Below, piece after piece: positions 52,539-63,251 of a stretch of DNA of 64,000 bases. The notes below the pieces were generated by a model. It worked only from the letters and a program-made list of their open reading frames with translations. It was not told the DNA's origin and did no database searches. The DNA comes from Fidelibacterota bacterium (GTDB lineage: Bacteria; Fidelibacterota; Fidelibacteria; Fidelibacterales; Fidelibacteraceae). Within the stretch, counting starts at the first letter, position 1; each line of letters opens with the position of its first letter. The translations under genes were made by a program, and so were the position numbers. Location of the stretch: the NCBI GenBank assembly GCA_034521145.1, contig JAXHMX010000002.1, positions 65,670-129,669 on the forward strand, in the 5' to 3' direction.

Positions 52539-53393
52539 ATGATCAAGGTAAATAACCTTTTCTATTCGTACACAAAGCATGGTGATCCCGCCGTTAATGA
52601 CATCAGTTTTGATATTAAAAAAGGCGAGATATTCGGGTTTCTCGGTCCGAGTGGCGCAGGGAAATCAACTACCCAGGCGGTACTGTCGGGCTTACTGAAA
52701 TTGCAGAAAGGTTCGATCATCATTGACGGGATCCCCCGCGAAGGAACTCCCGGTAAGGCCTTTTTTAACCGCATCGGTGTCGGTTTCGAGCGTCCGAACG
52801 TTTATAAAAAGCTTTCCGGATATGATAATCTGAAATTTCATGCAAGTTTGTACGACCGTGAGACCGAAGATCCCATGAAAGTTCTTGAAATGGTCGGTCT
52901 CGCCGATGAGGCAAAGAAAAAAGCCGGTGCGTATTCCAAGGGAATGATGCAGAGACTTGGGTTTGCGCGTTCGATGATCAATAAGCCCGATATCTGGTTC
53001 CTTGATGAACCCACCATGGGACTTGACCCGAATACGGCCAATAGTATTAAGGGAATAATCCGGAAAAAACAGAAAGAAAAAACAACAATTTTTCTGACTA
53101 CGCATAATATGTTCGTAGCGGATGAGCTCTGTGACCGGGTAGGCTTTATTGTCGACGGAAAGATCGTTGCTGTGGACAGTCCCAAAAACCTCAAACTGAA
53201 ACACGGTAAAGCGGTGGTAAATATTGAATATTCCGATGGAAATGTACTGCGGTCGAAACGTTTTGAGATGAACGGAAAAAGCAAGGCGGAGATGCAGAAA
53301 TTTATCGGAGAACATGATGTAAAGACCATTCATTCCGGAGAGCCCACATTAGAAGAGATCTTTATACAACTCACCGGCCGCGGACTTGAGTAG
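52539..53393 (+). CDS. ABC transporter ATP-binding protein (ABC-2 type)
   Basis: Walker A GPSGAGKST, signature LSGYD../MMQRLG, Walker B IWFLDEPTMGLD. Confidence 0.9.
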   Translation: MIKVNNLFYSYTKHGDPAVNDISFDIKKGEIFGFLGPSGAGKSTTQAVLSGLLKLQKGSIIIDGIPREGTPGKAFFNRIGVGFERPNVYKKLSGYDNLKFHASLYDRETEDPMKVLEMVGLADEAKKKAGAYSKGMMQRLGFARSMINKPDIWFLDEPTMGLDPNTANSIKGIIRKKQKEKTTIFLTTHNMFVADELCDRVGFIVDGKIVAVDSPKNLKLKHGKAVVNIEYSDGNVLRSKRFEMNGKSKAEMQKFIGEHDVKTIHSGEPTLEEIFIQLTGRGLE

Positions 53394-53403
53394 GGGGACC
53401 GAT

Positions 53404-54465
53404 ATGCGACGAATACTGAACCTCTTAAAAAAAGACGTGCTGCTGGGCATCAAGGATGTATTCATCCTTCTGGAGATCATTTTTTCCGTAGTGATCGTGC
53501 TGATAATCCTCTTCCTTATACCGCAAAATATCGACAGTGAAGAAACGGTTTTCATTTACGACAGGTCGGGCGTTATAAACCGGTTCACGGACCGCTTCGG
53601 AAGCCAGAACATTGAGATGGATAATGAATTGTTCGTTGACAGCCGGCAAGAGATCATTGACGGTATGAAAGAGAATAAAACCGCACTTGGCGTGATCATC
53701 ACCGCAAATGATGACCGTACTTTTCACGTTGAATTATTAACCCAGCCGTACACTTCCGAAACCATGACAGAATACCTTGAAGTGAACCTCGAAGATCTGT
53801 TCTCGATCTTTACCGGTACTTATCCGCCCGATGTCTACCGTTCGGTGCGTGTTACGGCCCTGCAGGAAAACATCCGGGATGAGATCCCTTTCAACAAACA
53901 GCTTCTTCCTGCGATCATGCTGATGATGGTCGGCATGGTTGGACTTTTTGCAATGATCTCCGTTACCGGCCAAGAACATTCCGAAGCCACTATCCGTGCC
54001 TTCAGAGTATCACCGGCATCGATGACGGAATTTTTACTCAGTAAACATCTGATGCTTCTGGGGGTGAGTCTCATTACCTTCTCCATACTCTATATCCCCG
54101 TTATCGGACTGAGCGGATACTTTCAGGGACTGCTCATTATTCTGCTTACCGTGATTCTGGGGTCCTCAATTGGAATTATTCTCAGCGCATTCTTTGATTC
54201 GCCGATGAGCTCTGTCGGATGGGTCCTTATACTTATGCTGGTATTTTCACTTCCGGCGGTCTCGTTGTTTGCACCGGTCTTCTCGCCCGGGTGGCTGAGG
54301 CTGATCCCTTCCTATCACACGTTGTTCGGACTGGATGCGGCGATGTTCCCGGATAATAACGCACAGATCATATGGCAAAGCGCAGGACTTCTTGCCGGTA
54401 TCGATATAGTTCTGCTCTTTTTTTCCACATGGATCTTCAGACTGCGGATACAGAGGGAGTTATAA
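53404..54465 (+). CDS. ABC-2 family transporter permease
   Basis: An N-terminal TM, a large extracytoplasmic loop, then 5 TM. Immediately downstream of the ATPase. Confidence 0.7.
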   Translation: MRRILNLLKKDVLLGIKDVFILLEIIFSVVIVLIILFLIPQNIDSEETVFIYDRSGVINRFTDRFGSQNIEMDNELFVDSRQEIIDGMKENKTALGVIITANDDRTFHVELLTQPYTSETMTEYLEVNLEDLFSIFTGTYPPDVYRSVRVTALQENIRDEIPFNKQLLPAIMLMMVGMVGLFAMISVTGQEHSEATIRAFRVSPASMTEFLLSKHLMLLGVSLITFSILYIPVIGLSGYFQGLLIILLTVILGSSIGIILSAFFDSPMSSVGWVLILMLVFSLPAVSLFAPVFSPGWLRLIPSYHTLFGLDAAMFPDNNAQIIWQSAGLLAGIDIVLLFFSTWIFRLRIQREL

Positions 54466-54466
54466 G

Positions 54467-55513
54467 ATGAAATATTTGCTGCGCATGTTCATTTTCGATA
54501 TAAAAATGTCCTTCCGGAGTTTTATGGGAACCTATATCGCCGTTGTTCCCCTGTTCGTGCTGCTCATCCTCCGTTTTTTCATTCCCGGCGTGGAAAGCTC
54601 CTCGTTCACTATTGCGGCAGTAACGGAAGGACCGAACGCCGTTCCCGAGGAAATGCTGAATGTGCTTGATGATTTTGCGGATATAAAAACCTATCCCGGT
54701 ATCGAGAAAATGGAGAAAAAGCTCCGTGGGACCGGAAGTGCGGAGGGACTCTACCGTGATCCGGATAACGGGCAGTACGTGTCCGTCATGGAGCGGAACA
54801 TCGGAGGGAATAGGAATTTTTCACTTTCGGCACAAGTGATACGGCAGCATTACTACCAAAAACATTATCCGGACGCTTCAGAGGTGAGCACCTTCCACGC
54901 CGGCGTACCCGGGGAACTTTCCGGGCGTACCGCAACCTCGCCCGTTGCAACAATGGGCGGTGCGATCTTCTTGGTTTTTATGATCATTATCTCTTCATTT
55001 ATTATCGGACTTGGCGTTGTTGACGACAAAGAATGCGGCGTTGATCAGGCCTTCCTTGTATCTCCCGTCAGTAAAAGTGATTACTATATCGGGAAAAGCA
55101 TTTATCCGTTTTTTGTCATACTCTTCTATACAATTATCGGCTTACTGGTCCTGGACCTGATGCACGTTGATATTCTTCAGGTATATCTTCTGGTGACACT
55201 TTCCTTCAGTATTACTCTGCTGGTGGGATTGCTTATCGGTGCGATCGCCAATAATGAGAATGAAGCGGTCGGCATCGGAAAAATGCTTGCGATGATAATG
55301 CTCTTTTCCATCCTGGGCGGCACTCTGCTTTCCGGCCAATGGCAATGGGGTGGTCTGGTGGTCGCCATTTTACTGGATGTACAGCCTCCTTGAAGAGATC
55401 TTTACGCAAACCGCCGCATGGAACACATTTGCATGGAAATCGGCACTTATGCTCGCCCTTTGCGGTTTTTATTTTGCACTGCTGAGAAAGAAGATTGTAA
55501 AGGGACTTTCATA
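54467..55513 (+). CDS. second ABC-2 family permease (frameshift near the C-terminus)
   Basis: Same topology as the upstream permease. The track ORF stops at 55393, but the last TM (YWMYSLLEEIF...ALCGFYFALL) continues in another frame to 55513. The shift is a T-run indel at ~55368. Confidence 0.65.
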
Positions 55514-55546
55514 ACCGTTCCTCATATCAAACCGGAGAGGTGAACA

Positions 55547-55759
55547 ATGCTATATCTTGGGATTTTTCTGCTTTTATACGGAATACTTGTATTCTGGATC
55601 ACGCTTTCCAAGCCCGGGAAGATCTGGGATATGGGAAAGATCCAGGCCTTTGTGAAAATACTGGGAAAAACGGGCACGGAGATCTTTTTCCTTATCTTCG
55701 GAGCCGCTGCTCTCGGTATCGGGATCTGGCTTATAACAGAACACTGGCCGGCCGCTTAG
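55547..55759 (+). CDS. small membrane protein (2 TM, 70 aa)
   Basis: GGAGAGG RBS and two hydrophobic helices. No homology recognised. Confidence 0.4.
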   Translation: MLYLGIFLLLYGILVFWITLSKPGKIWDMGKIQAFVKILGKTGTEIFFLIFGAAALGIGIWLITEHWPAA

Positions 55760-56028
55760 TGTAAGATCTGAAATCGCACGGAGATGATCTGTCCTGTCTT
55801 TACGCCGTTTCCCGGTTTTCTTTTTGTAATTCCCCGGGTGCCTAAATCTCTTTTCTTGGTTTTCCTGCCTGTTGGCATTATATTCGTCATACAATGCTTG
55901 CTTAGATGTTCTGAAGTATATTAACCGGAAAAGAATAGTCTCCTTTTTTCCCGCATTTACTAGTGTTAAAGCAAGCATGGAATTAATGGGACAATATATT
56001 TAATCTCAAAAAATCGAATGTAAAATAA

Positions 56029-56679
56029 ATGAAAGAACTCCATACAGAAAAACACGAACTCATTAAACAATTATTCCGCGAGAACGAGGGACTGAAAAAG
56101 ATTTTTGATAAGGCTTCCGCTCCCACGGCGCTTAGAAAACATTTACTGGACTATTTCTCCGGTATTGAGTGGGATTATTTTCACGTCCCCTCCCTTGAAT
56201 TTCCCGATTCACTGCATATTATTGAAAAAAACATCGCAAAAGAATGCATCCGGGTCCTCAAAAATATCCTGCAGACAGAAAACGAGACCCTTTGTGAATT
56301 TTCTGCCCTGAAAACATTATTTAACCTTTATCATGCCGATAAAAAAACGATCGCTGAGACAGATAAAGGCTTTATACTTGAGTTCCTGTACCTGTTCCGG
56401 GCGTATCCGGAAGATCATTCCTGCATCATAAACAAAACATCTCTTCCGAAGATATCAATGCTGAAAATTCCGGGCGAATCCTTGACGGGTTCGCAGAAAA
56501 GATGTCCGCTCACTTTACCGCATTCCGTAAGGGCACCGATCTGGAATGTATTAGCGCCCAAAAAGAACAAAAAGAAAAGATCCTTAATTATTTTTCTGCA
56601 ACGGAAGAGGACTGGAAAGATCACAACTGGCATCTTAAGCACATCATTAAGGATAAAAAAACACTTTCGGAGCTTGTGA
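56029..56679 (+). CDS. hypothetical protein. Its 3' 178 nt overlap the KamA-like gene out of frame, so it may be an N-terminal extension joined by a frameshift
   Basis: The track ORF is open through 56679. The KamA frame is open from ~56390. A shift at ~56440 would fuse the two. Confidence 0.35.
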   Translation: MKELHTEKHELIKQLFRENEGLKKIFDKASAPTALRKHLLDYFSGIEWDYFHVPSLEFPDSLHIIEKNIAKECIRVLKNILQTENETLCEFSALKTLFNLYHADKKTIAETDKGFILEFLYLFRAYPEDHSCIINKTSLPKISMLKIPGESLTGSQKRCPLTLPHSVRAPIWNVLAPKKNKKKRSLIIFLQRKRTGKITTGILSTSLRIKKHFRSL

Positions 56680-57824
56680 AGCTAGAAGATGATGAGATCC
56701 GGGGAATAGAGGCGGCGGAAAAGTACGGCATTCCTTTTCAGATCACTCCCCATTATCTGACATTATTCAATGGCGGCGGCCGCGACCGTCACGATCGCAT
56801 CGTAAGAGCACAGGTCATTCCGGGTGAGGAATACTGCCGCAACGTACACCGCAACCGGACACAGAATATAAACATGGATTTCATGGGAGAAAAGGCGAAC
56901 AGCCCCGTTCCGGCGATCACCCGCAGATATCCGAATATCGTTATCTTAAAACCTTTTGATTCCTGTCCCCAAATCTGTGTTTATTGCCAGAGGAACTGGG
57001 AAATTAAAGAATATCAATCCACAACTGTCTCCCGCAAAGACGTCGACAATGCCGTCGAATGGATCAGGAACAACCATAATATCACTGAAGTACTTGTTAC
57101 CGGCGGCGATCCGCTGACGTTGAATAATGACTATATTCATTCCCTGCTGAAAAAACTGCATAAGATCGAACATGTTGAACGCATCCGTATCGGTACGCGG
57201 ATACCGGTGACCATTCCCTTCCGGATAGACGATGAATTGATACATATCTTCCGGCAGTTTAATATTCCGGGTGAAAAAGAGCTTTGTGTCGTCACACACA
57301 TCGAAGACGCTCTTGAAATAACTCCCGATGTCATTCACGCCGTCAGGAAGATCAAAAATGCAGGCATTAATGTCTATAACCAGCAAGTATTCACGTATTA
57401 CAACAGTTTCAAGTTCAAGACCGCTTTTCTCAGAAAGGTCCTGAAGTTGTCCGGCATTGATCCGTATTATCTTTTCAACACCAAAGGCAAAGAAGAGACG
57501 ATCGATTTTCGTGTTCCCATCGCAAGGATCGAACAGGAGCAAAAGGAAGAGGCCCGTTTTCTGCCGGGACTTATCCGCACCGATGAACCCGTTTTCAATG
57601 TTCCCAAGATCGGGAAATCCCATCTTCGTTCATGGCAGAATCACGAAATCATCATGATCCTTCCCGACGGAAGAAGGGTCTACCGCTTCTATCCCTGGGA
57701 ATCAATGTCGCTGTTAATTGAAGATTATCTTTATACGGACGTTTCCATCTGCACGTATTTACAGCGTCTGGAAGCGGATGGTGAGGATCCCGAAAAATAT
57801 AAAAGTATATGGTATTATTTCTAA
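56502..57824 (+). CDS. KamA-family radical SAM protein (lysine-2,3-aminomutase-like)
   Basis: CPQICVYCQR (CxxxCxxC). N-terminal W...W motif (EEDWKDHNWHLKH). ITPHYLTLF. PLP-fold region. Confidence 0.8.
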   Translation: MSAHFTAFRKGTDLECISAQKEQKEKILNYFSATEEDWKDHNWHLKHIIKDKKTLSELVKLEDDEIRGIEAAEKYGIPFQITPHYLTLFNGGGRDRHDRIVRAQVIPGEEYCRNVHRNRTQNINMDFMGEKANSPVPAITRRYPNIVILKPFDSCPQICVYCQRNWEIKEYQSTTVSRKDVDNAVEWIRNNHNITEVLVTGGDPLTLNNDYIHSLLKKLHKIEHVERIRIGTRIPVTIPFRIDDELIHIFRQFNIPGEKELCVVTHIEDALEITPDVIHAVRKIKNAGINVYNQQVFTYYNSFKFKTAFLRKVLKLSGIDPYYLFNTKGKEETIDFRVPIARIEQEQKEEARFLPGLIRTDEPVFNVPKIGKSHLRSWQNHEIIMILPDGRRVYRFYPWESMSLLIEDYLYTDVSICTYLQRLEADGEDPEKYKSIWYYF

Positions 57825-57996
57825 GCACCTTTATTCCGCCGGCCGTAACTTGCGAAGATTCCCGATATGAAATATTCACTGATCCAACCTTGTCCTCTTA
57901 ACTTTTTCCCTGCATTTCTCTCCTTTGAAAAATTGTATTTTTCATTTATATTAATTCCACTTAAAAAATACTACCGCTGCCGGCGGTGAGGGAATT

Positions 57997-58806
57997 ATGA
58001 ACAGCGAGAACATCTTGTTTGCTTTCGGTCTGACGCTTTTTGCGGGTTTGTCAACCGGTATCGGCAGTCTGATGGCTTTTTTCTCAAAGAAATTCGACCC
58101 GAAATTTCTTGCGGGTGCCCTTGGTTTTTCAGCCGGTGTCATGATCTATGTTTCTTTGGTCGAGATATTTCCCGAAGCAAAAGATTCATTGTCCGCAACG
58201 CTTGGAGATAAAAGCGGATATATTCTTACCGTGATCGCTTTTTTTACCGGTATCGGTCTTATCGCCCTGATCGACAGGCTTATTCCCGACTTCGAGAACC
58301 CGCATGAAATGAAGAACCTTGATAAAAAAAAGTTCGTGCGCACAACGGAAGATAATAAGCTGTACCGCATGGGAATGTTCTCCGCACTGGCTATTGCCGT
58401 GCATAATTTTCCCGAAGGTCTCGCCACCTTTGTGGGAGCAATGACCGACCCCGCTCTGGGGATCAGTATTGCGGTTGCCATTGCCATTCATAATATTCCC
58501 GAAGGCATTGCCGTTTCTGTTCCGGTCTATTATGCCACAAAAAGTAAAAGAAAAGCGTTCTGGATATCCCTTTTATCAGGACTTGCGGAACCGGTTGGCG
58601 CCGTTGCCGGTTTTTTCCTTTTGAGAACGCTATTCAGCGATCTGACCTTTGGACTTCTTTTTGCGGGCGTTGCCGGTATTATGGTATATATTTCACTTGA
58701 TGAATTACTCCCCGCCGCCGAAGAATACGGCGAACATCATATTGCCATCGGGGGGCTTATCAGTGGCATGGTGGTGATGGCGGGCAGCCTTCTGTTTTTT
58801 GCCTGA
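57997..58806 (+). CDS. zupT: ZIP-family zinc transporter
   Basis: Eight TM with conserved HNxPEG motifs (VHNFPEGLA, IHNIPEGIA). Confidence 0.85.
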   Translation: MNSENILFAFGLTLFAGLSTGIGSLMAFFSKKFDPKFLAGALGFSAGVMIYVSLVEIFPEAKDSLSATLGDKSGYILTVIAFFTGIGLIALIDRLIPDFENPHEMKNLDKKKFVRTTEDNKLYRMGMFSALAIAVHNFPEGLATFVGAMTDPALGISIAVAIAIHNIPEGIAVSVPVYYATKSKRKAFWISLLSGLAEPVGAVAGFFLLRTLFSDLTFGLLFAGVAGIMVYISLDELLPAAEEYGEHHIAIGGLISGMVVMAGSLLFFA

Positions 58807-58920
58807 TATCTTATCACGTTCGCACGCGAATGTGCATCCGGATACCCTGTGAGTTTAGGTCTCCGTATGGATATTCCGAAAAGGGACCGTGAAAAAAGAG
58901 GATTTACAAAAGGGGAACAC

Positions 58921-59556
58921 ATGAAAAAAAGGGCAACTATCAGCGACCTTGATAATGTTATGCTGGAATGCGGCATGCAATGTCTGCATCCCGGGGGCCT
59001 CGAAACGACAGATAAAATGCTGCGGGAATGCGGTATTGCAGAAGATAAGAAAGTCCTGGAACTGGGGTGCGGAAAAGGTCTCACCGCCGCCCACATCGCC
59101 GAAAAGTACAACTGCCGGGTTACGGGCATCGATCACTCGCAGGATATGATCGCCGAGGCAAGGATCCGGGCAAAACGGCTTGGCCTTCATGAACGCCTGC
59201 ACTTCTTGCGATCCGGCGTGATCCCGCTTCCTTTTCCGGAGGACAGCTACGATATCATTATTGCCGAATGCGTCACAACCCTTCTGGAGACGGAAAAGAT
59301 ATTTCCGGAGATCCTCCGGGTCCTGAAACCAGGCGGCAAAATGGGAGACATCGAGATCATTTGGCGGCAACGTCCCCCTATAAAAGTTATACGGGGAGTC
59401 CGGAACCTTTGGGATGGATTTCATACTTTCACCCTGAAAGAATGGAAAACATTGCTGACAAAAAGCGGCTTTCCGCCTCCTCATACGGTTGATTTTTCCA
59501 TGCCGTTGTCAGAAATGGAATCCAATATGGTGAAAACCCTGGGAACCCGCGGATGA
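58921..59556 (+). CDS. class I SAM-dependent methyltransferase
   Basis: Motif I VLELGCGKG and the acidic motif II. Start taken at MKKRATISDL after an AAGGGGA RBS. The track ORF starts at 58849. Confidence 0.7.
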   Translation: MKKRATISDLDNVMLECGMQCLHPGGLETTDKMLRECGIAEDKKVLELGCGKGLTAAHIAEKYNCRVTGIDHSQDMIAEARIRAKRLGLHERLHFLRSGVIPLPFPEDSYDIIIAECVTTLLETEKIFPEILRVLKPGGKMGDIEIIWRQRPPIKVIRGVRNLWDGFHTFTLKEWKTLLTKSGFPPPHTVDFSMPLSEMESNMVKTLGTRG

Positions 59557-59711
59557 TGAAACTTACTTACCGGTTAATGTCCGATCCATCCCTGCGCCGT
59601 GCGATGTACGACTATTGGCGTGTTTTCCGTGATTATGAGGAATATTTCGGTTATGCTTATCTTATCGGTGAAAAGCCGCGGAACGTAAACCGTAAGGCAT
59701 GACGGGAGTTC

Positions 59712-60611
59712 ATGTCCGGACATAAAAAAACCACGGGGACTGTAAGAATGAAAGATGAAAAACTGCAATATGCCCTTGATTCCCAGAGAACGGAAATAAC
59801 GGAACATTTCATTTATCTCAGACTTGCGAAGAGAGCGAAAAAGAAAAAGAATGCGGAGATACTGAGAAAGATCGCGGAACAGGAAAAAATGCACGCCGAT
59901 TACTGGAGATCCAAAACGGGCCGGACAATAAAACCGCGGAAATTCATGTTGTATAAAACCGTTTTTCTTGCCCGTTTTCTTGGCCTGACCTTCATGCTCA
60001 AGCAAATGGAAAAACGTGAGGGAACCGGTTCCCGGCGCTATTCGGACCTCGGCGAGGTATTTCCGGAAGCAAAAAATTTTGCCGAAGAAGAGCGGGTCCA
60101 TGAAAAAGAGATCCTCTCCATGCTTGATGAAGAACGGCTCCGCTATGTTGGATCCATTGTGCTGGGACTGAATGATGCGCTGGTGGAGCTGACAGGTGCT
60201 CTTGCGGGGTTCACACTTGCTCTGGGTGAAACGCGTGTCATCTCTCTGGCCGGTCTCGTTACCGGCATTTCCGCAGCATTTTCCATGGCGGCCTCCGAAT
60301 ATCTGTCCGCAAAGGCCGATGGAAATCCGCGCGCCAAAAGATCTGCAATGTATACGGGACTATCGTATTTTATTACCGTCATTCTTCTTATCCTGCCTTT
60401 CCTTCTTTTGAGCAATAAATTTATTGCACTCGGCATTGTACTTGCCGTTGCGGTGCTGATCATTTTCCTTTTCAATTACTATATTGCAACGGCAAAAGAT
60501 CTGAATTTCAAAAAACGTTTTCTTGAAATGGCCGCGATCAGCCTCGGTGTTGCCGCCTTCTCCTTCCTGGTGGGTTATGTGCTGCGAACGCTGCTCGGCG
60601 TGGATATCTGA
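59712..60611 (+). CDS. mbfA: membrane-bound ferritin-like protein: rubrerythrin/ferritin-like domain fused to a VIT1/CCC1 iron-transporter domain
   Basis: N-terminal ferritin-like E..H pairs (EITEHFIYLRLA, EQEKMHADYW, EERVHEKE). C-terminal 5-TM VIT1 domain (LNDALVELTGALAGFT, SMAASEYLS). Confidence 0.75.
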   Translation: MSGHKKTTGTVRMKDEKLQYALDSQRTEITEHFIYLRLAKRAKKKKNAEILRKIAEQEKMHADYWRSKTGRTIKPRKFMLYKTVFLARFLGLTFMLKQMEKREGTGSRRYSDLGEVFPEAKNFAEEERVHEKEILSMLDEERLRYVGSIVLGLNDALVELTGALAGFTLALGETRVISLAGLVTGISAAFSMAASEYLSAKADGNPRAKRSAMYTGLSYFITVILLILPFLLLSNKFIALGIVLAVAVLIIFLFNYYIATAKDLNFKKRFLEMAAISLGVAAFSFLVGYVLRTLLGVDI

Positions 60612-60761
60612 TAACCACCGTTCGCGAAACAGCGGAATGAAGGATTAAAAAGTTTCTCTATTATGACCGCCAGGAAAGAAAAACTGTTGTTCCGGGAGAA
60701 TTAATTTTATATGTGGACTTTAATTCTTTAGTTTAGAGAAGTTAAGCAAGGAGAATATGTT

Positions 60762-61628
60762 TTGGATAAGAATTATGAAAAAATGATGAACGATCTTCAT
60801 CGTTTGCTGGAGAAAAAGGACTTTGCAGACAAAGCGGAAGCAGAAGCTTTCATTGATCAGTATTTGCGGAATGAACTGCCTTCCGAACCGAAAAGTAAAT
60901 TGACAGCGGAAGAAAAGGCCGTTGATCTTGTTTTTGATGCCTATGATAAAGACCCGGTTGAAGCCATGGATAATATTACCGAAGCGCTTCGTCTGGACAG
61001 AAACTGTATTAACGCTTATGAATATCTCGGTATGACGGAACCGCTGACCGAACTGGCAATACTTTTCTTTGAAAAAGGCATCCGCGTGGGAAGAAAAAAA
61101 TTCGGCGGCAACTATCTCAAAGAAAATAAGGGTTATTTTTGGGGATTGCATGAGACACGCCCTTTTATGCGCTGCCTGCATGGATATTGCGACTGCCTGC
61201 TGATGTTTGGAGAAAAGGACGAAGCTCTTGCCGTCATGGAAGAAATGATAGAGCTGAATCCGGGTGACAACCAGGGTGTGCGCTATCAGCTTCTTAACCT
61301 GCTGCTGGAAACCGGCAACTATGATAAATATGAAAAGTACCATGATATGTACAAGGACGATGTCACTGCATTTATCCTCTATCACCACGCCCTTTACTCT
61401 TTTATTGTCTCGGGCGTCACCCGAAGCACCAATAATAAATTAAAAAAAGCGATCGCCGCCAATCCCCATGTTCCCGGACTGATAATTTCAAAGAAAGCCA
61501 TCAAGGAATTCCCGGAAAGGTACACTCCCGGAGAAGAAAGTGAAGCGCTGTTCTACATTTTTTACGGTAAAGATCTCTGGCGGAACACGCCGGGTGCTCT
61601 CAAGTGGCTCAAAAGCATAAGCGGATAA
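60762..61628 (+). CDS. hypothetical cytoplasmic protein
   Basis: AAGGAGA RBS 7 nt before the TTG start. No confident family assignment. Confidence 0.4.
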   Translation: MDKNYEKMMNDLHRLLEKKDFADKAEAEAFIDQYLRNELPSEPKSKLTAEEKAVDLVFDAYDKDPVEAMDNITEALRLDRNCINAYEYLGMTEPLTELAILFFEKGIRVGRKKFGGNYLKENKGYFWGLHETRPFMRCLHGYCDCLLMFGEKDEALAVMEEMIELNPGDNQGVRYQLLNLLLETGNYDKYEKYHDMYKDDVTAFILYHHALYSFIVSGVTRSTNNKLKKAIAANPHVPGLIISKKAIKEFPERYTPGEESEALFYIFYGKDLWRNTPGALKWLKSISG

Positions 61629-61776
61629 AAGGATCCTGCAGCTGCCGGAAATGCAGGGTGACATTTTTTCGGTACATTCTTTTGCTTACCCTGTCCCTGA
61701 TTTTGAGGATATTCCAATTCGCTGTTTCATTTCCCCGCAATAATTCGTATAATTTCCTAAAACAGACGGGAAGCCT

Positions 61777-62659
61777 ATGTTAGAACACAGTATTCATCAT
61801 ATTCAGCCCTATCTTTTCGAGATCAGGAAATTTTCAATTACGGTATTACGGACTTATGTATGTCCTTGGGTTCGTATTCTTTGCCCTCTGGATGCGCCGG
61901 CAGATCAAACGCAACAAGGTTAATATGACAAATGAGGAATTTGATTCCCTTTTTTCCTGGCTGATCATTGCGCTCCTTATCGGTGCCCGCCTGGGCTATG
62001 TGCTTTTTTATAATTTACCTTACTATATACAGCACCCCCTGGAGATTATCTGGCCTTTTTCGGGCGGGAAACTTGTCGGGTTCTCGGGTATGTCCTTTCA
62101 CGGCGGCCTGATCGCCTGTATACTGGCCGGCTGGTTGTGGACCCGCAAGTATGAAAAAAACTTTTTTCATGTCGGCGGACATGTGGTCACGGTCGTTCCG
62201 CTGGGACTCTTTTTCGGCCGGCTGGGAAACTTTTTGAACGGTGAGCTCTGGGGCCGTATCAGTGATATAAAATGGGCGCTGTATTTTCCCGGTGAGGCGG
62301 GACTTGATTATTCCACTCCGCTCCCGGTGGTACGGCAGTATATCCAAGCGGGCTATATACATCCGCGGCATCCATCACAGCTCTATGAAGCCCTGCTTGA
62401 AGGACTGGCGCTTTTTCTGATCATGCTCTGGCTGCATAAGAAAGATGCTCCGGGATCAATACGTATGGCCGTTTTATTGATAGGATATGCCGTATTCCGT
62501 ACCTTCTGCGAGTTTTTCCGGCAACCGGACCCGCAGCTCGGTTTTCTTTTTGGATGGGTAACAATGGGACAACTGCTGAGCTTTTTCATGATCCTTGCAG
62601 GGATCGCACTCATTGTCTATCATCTGAAAACGGAAAAGAAAAAAACATTAAATAGCTGA
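61777..62659 (+). CDS. lgt: prolipoprotein diacylglyceryl transferase (frameshift near the N-terminus)
   Basis: Lgt signature GRLGNFLNGELWGR and HPSQLYEAL. The N-terminus MLEHSIHHIQPYLFEI... (ATG 61777) is in another frame. An extra A in AGGAAATTTT at ~61832 separates it from ...YYGLMYVLGF. Confidence 0.8.
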
Positions 62660-62688
62660 ACCGCTTTTCTGTTCAAAGGAGTAAAAGC

Positions 62689-63219
62689 ATGAAATTTCTA
62701 AAAGTACTGGGTATTGTTCTTATCGCCGCCTTGGCTCTCTTTATCGTTATCGGTATCTTTCTGCCGAAAACGGCGCATCTTGAGAAGGAGATAAGCATAC
62801 AGGCTCCTTCACAGGCCGTCAAAGATAAGATCGTCGAACTTTACGAGGACCGTTTCTGGCCGATCTGGGGTAAGGACGACACCACGATGGTCTTCACGCC
62901 CCTGAAAAATGCAAACGGCTATCGCTGGGAGGGTGAGAAGGTCTCCCGCGGTCAATGTGAATATACCCTCGGCCAGGGCAATACCGTCCGTGACAAGATC
63001 CGTTTCCAGGGGAAAGATATCGCCGAAACCACCTGGAGGCTCGATGGCTCTTCTCCCACTGAATTACATCTGCGTTTTACGGTGAATGCCGGCGGGAATC
63101 TGGGTGCCCGCTGGACCAACCTTTTTATTGAGACCCTGAGCGGACCCCAGATCGATGCCATACTGAAAGACATGAAAGCGGACCTGGAATCGGACGACAA
63201 GAAGCAAGGTACGCTGTAA
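62689..63219 (+). CDS. SRPBCC-fold (polyketide-cyclase-like) protein with an N-terminal TM anchor
   Basis: TM helix followed by a ~150-aa beta-rich domain. Tentative assignment. Confidence 0.35.
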   Translation: MKFLKVLGIVLIAALALFIVIGIFLPKTAHLEKEISIQAPSQAVKDKIVELYEDRFWPIWGKDDTTMVFTPLKNANGYRWEGEKVSRGQCEYTLGQGNTVRDKIRFQGKDIAETTWRLDGSSPTELHLRFTVNAGGNLGARWTNLFIETLSGPQIDAILKDMKADLESDDKKQGTL

Positions 63220-63251
63220 GGATCTTATAAACCTTTTTTTCGGGTATAGCT

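Noticed and set aside
59574-60101. 175-aa minus-strand ORF
   Set aside because: It is antisense to the ferritin-like N-terminus of mbfA and has no motifs.
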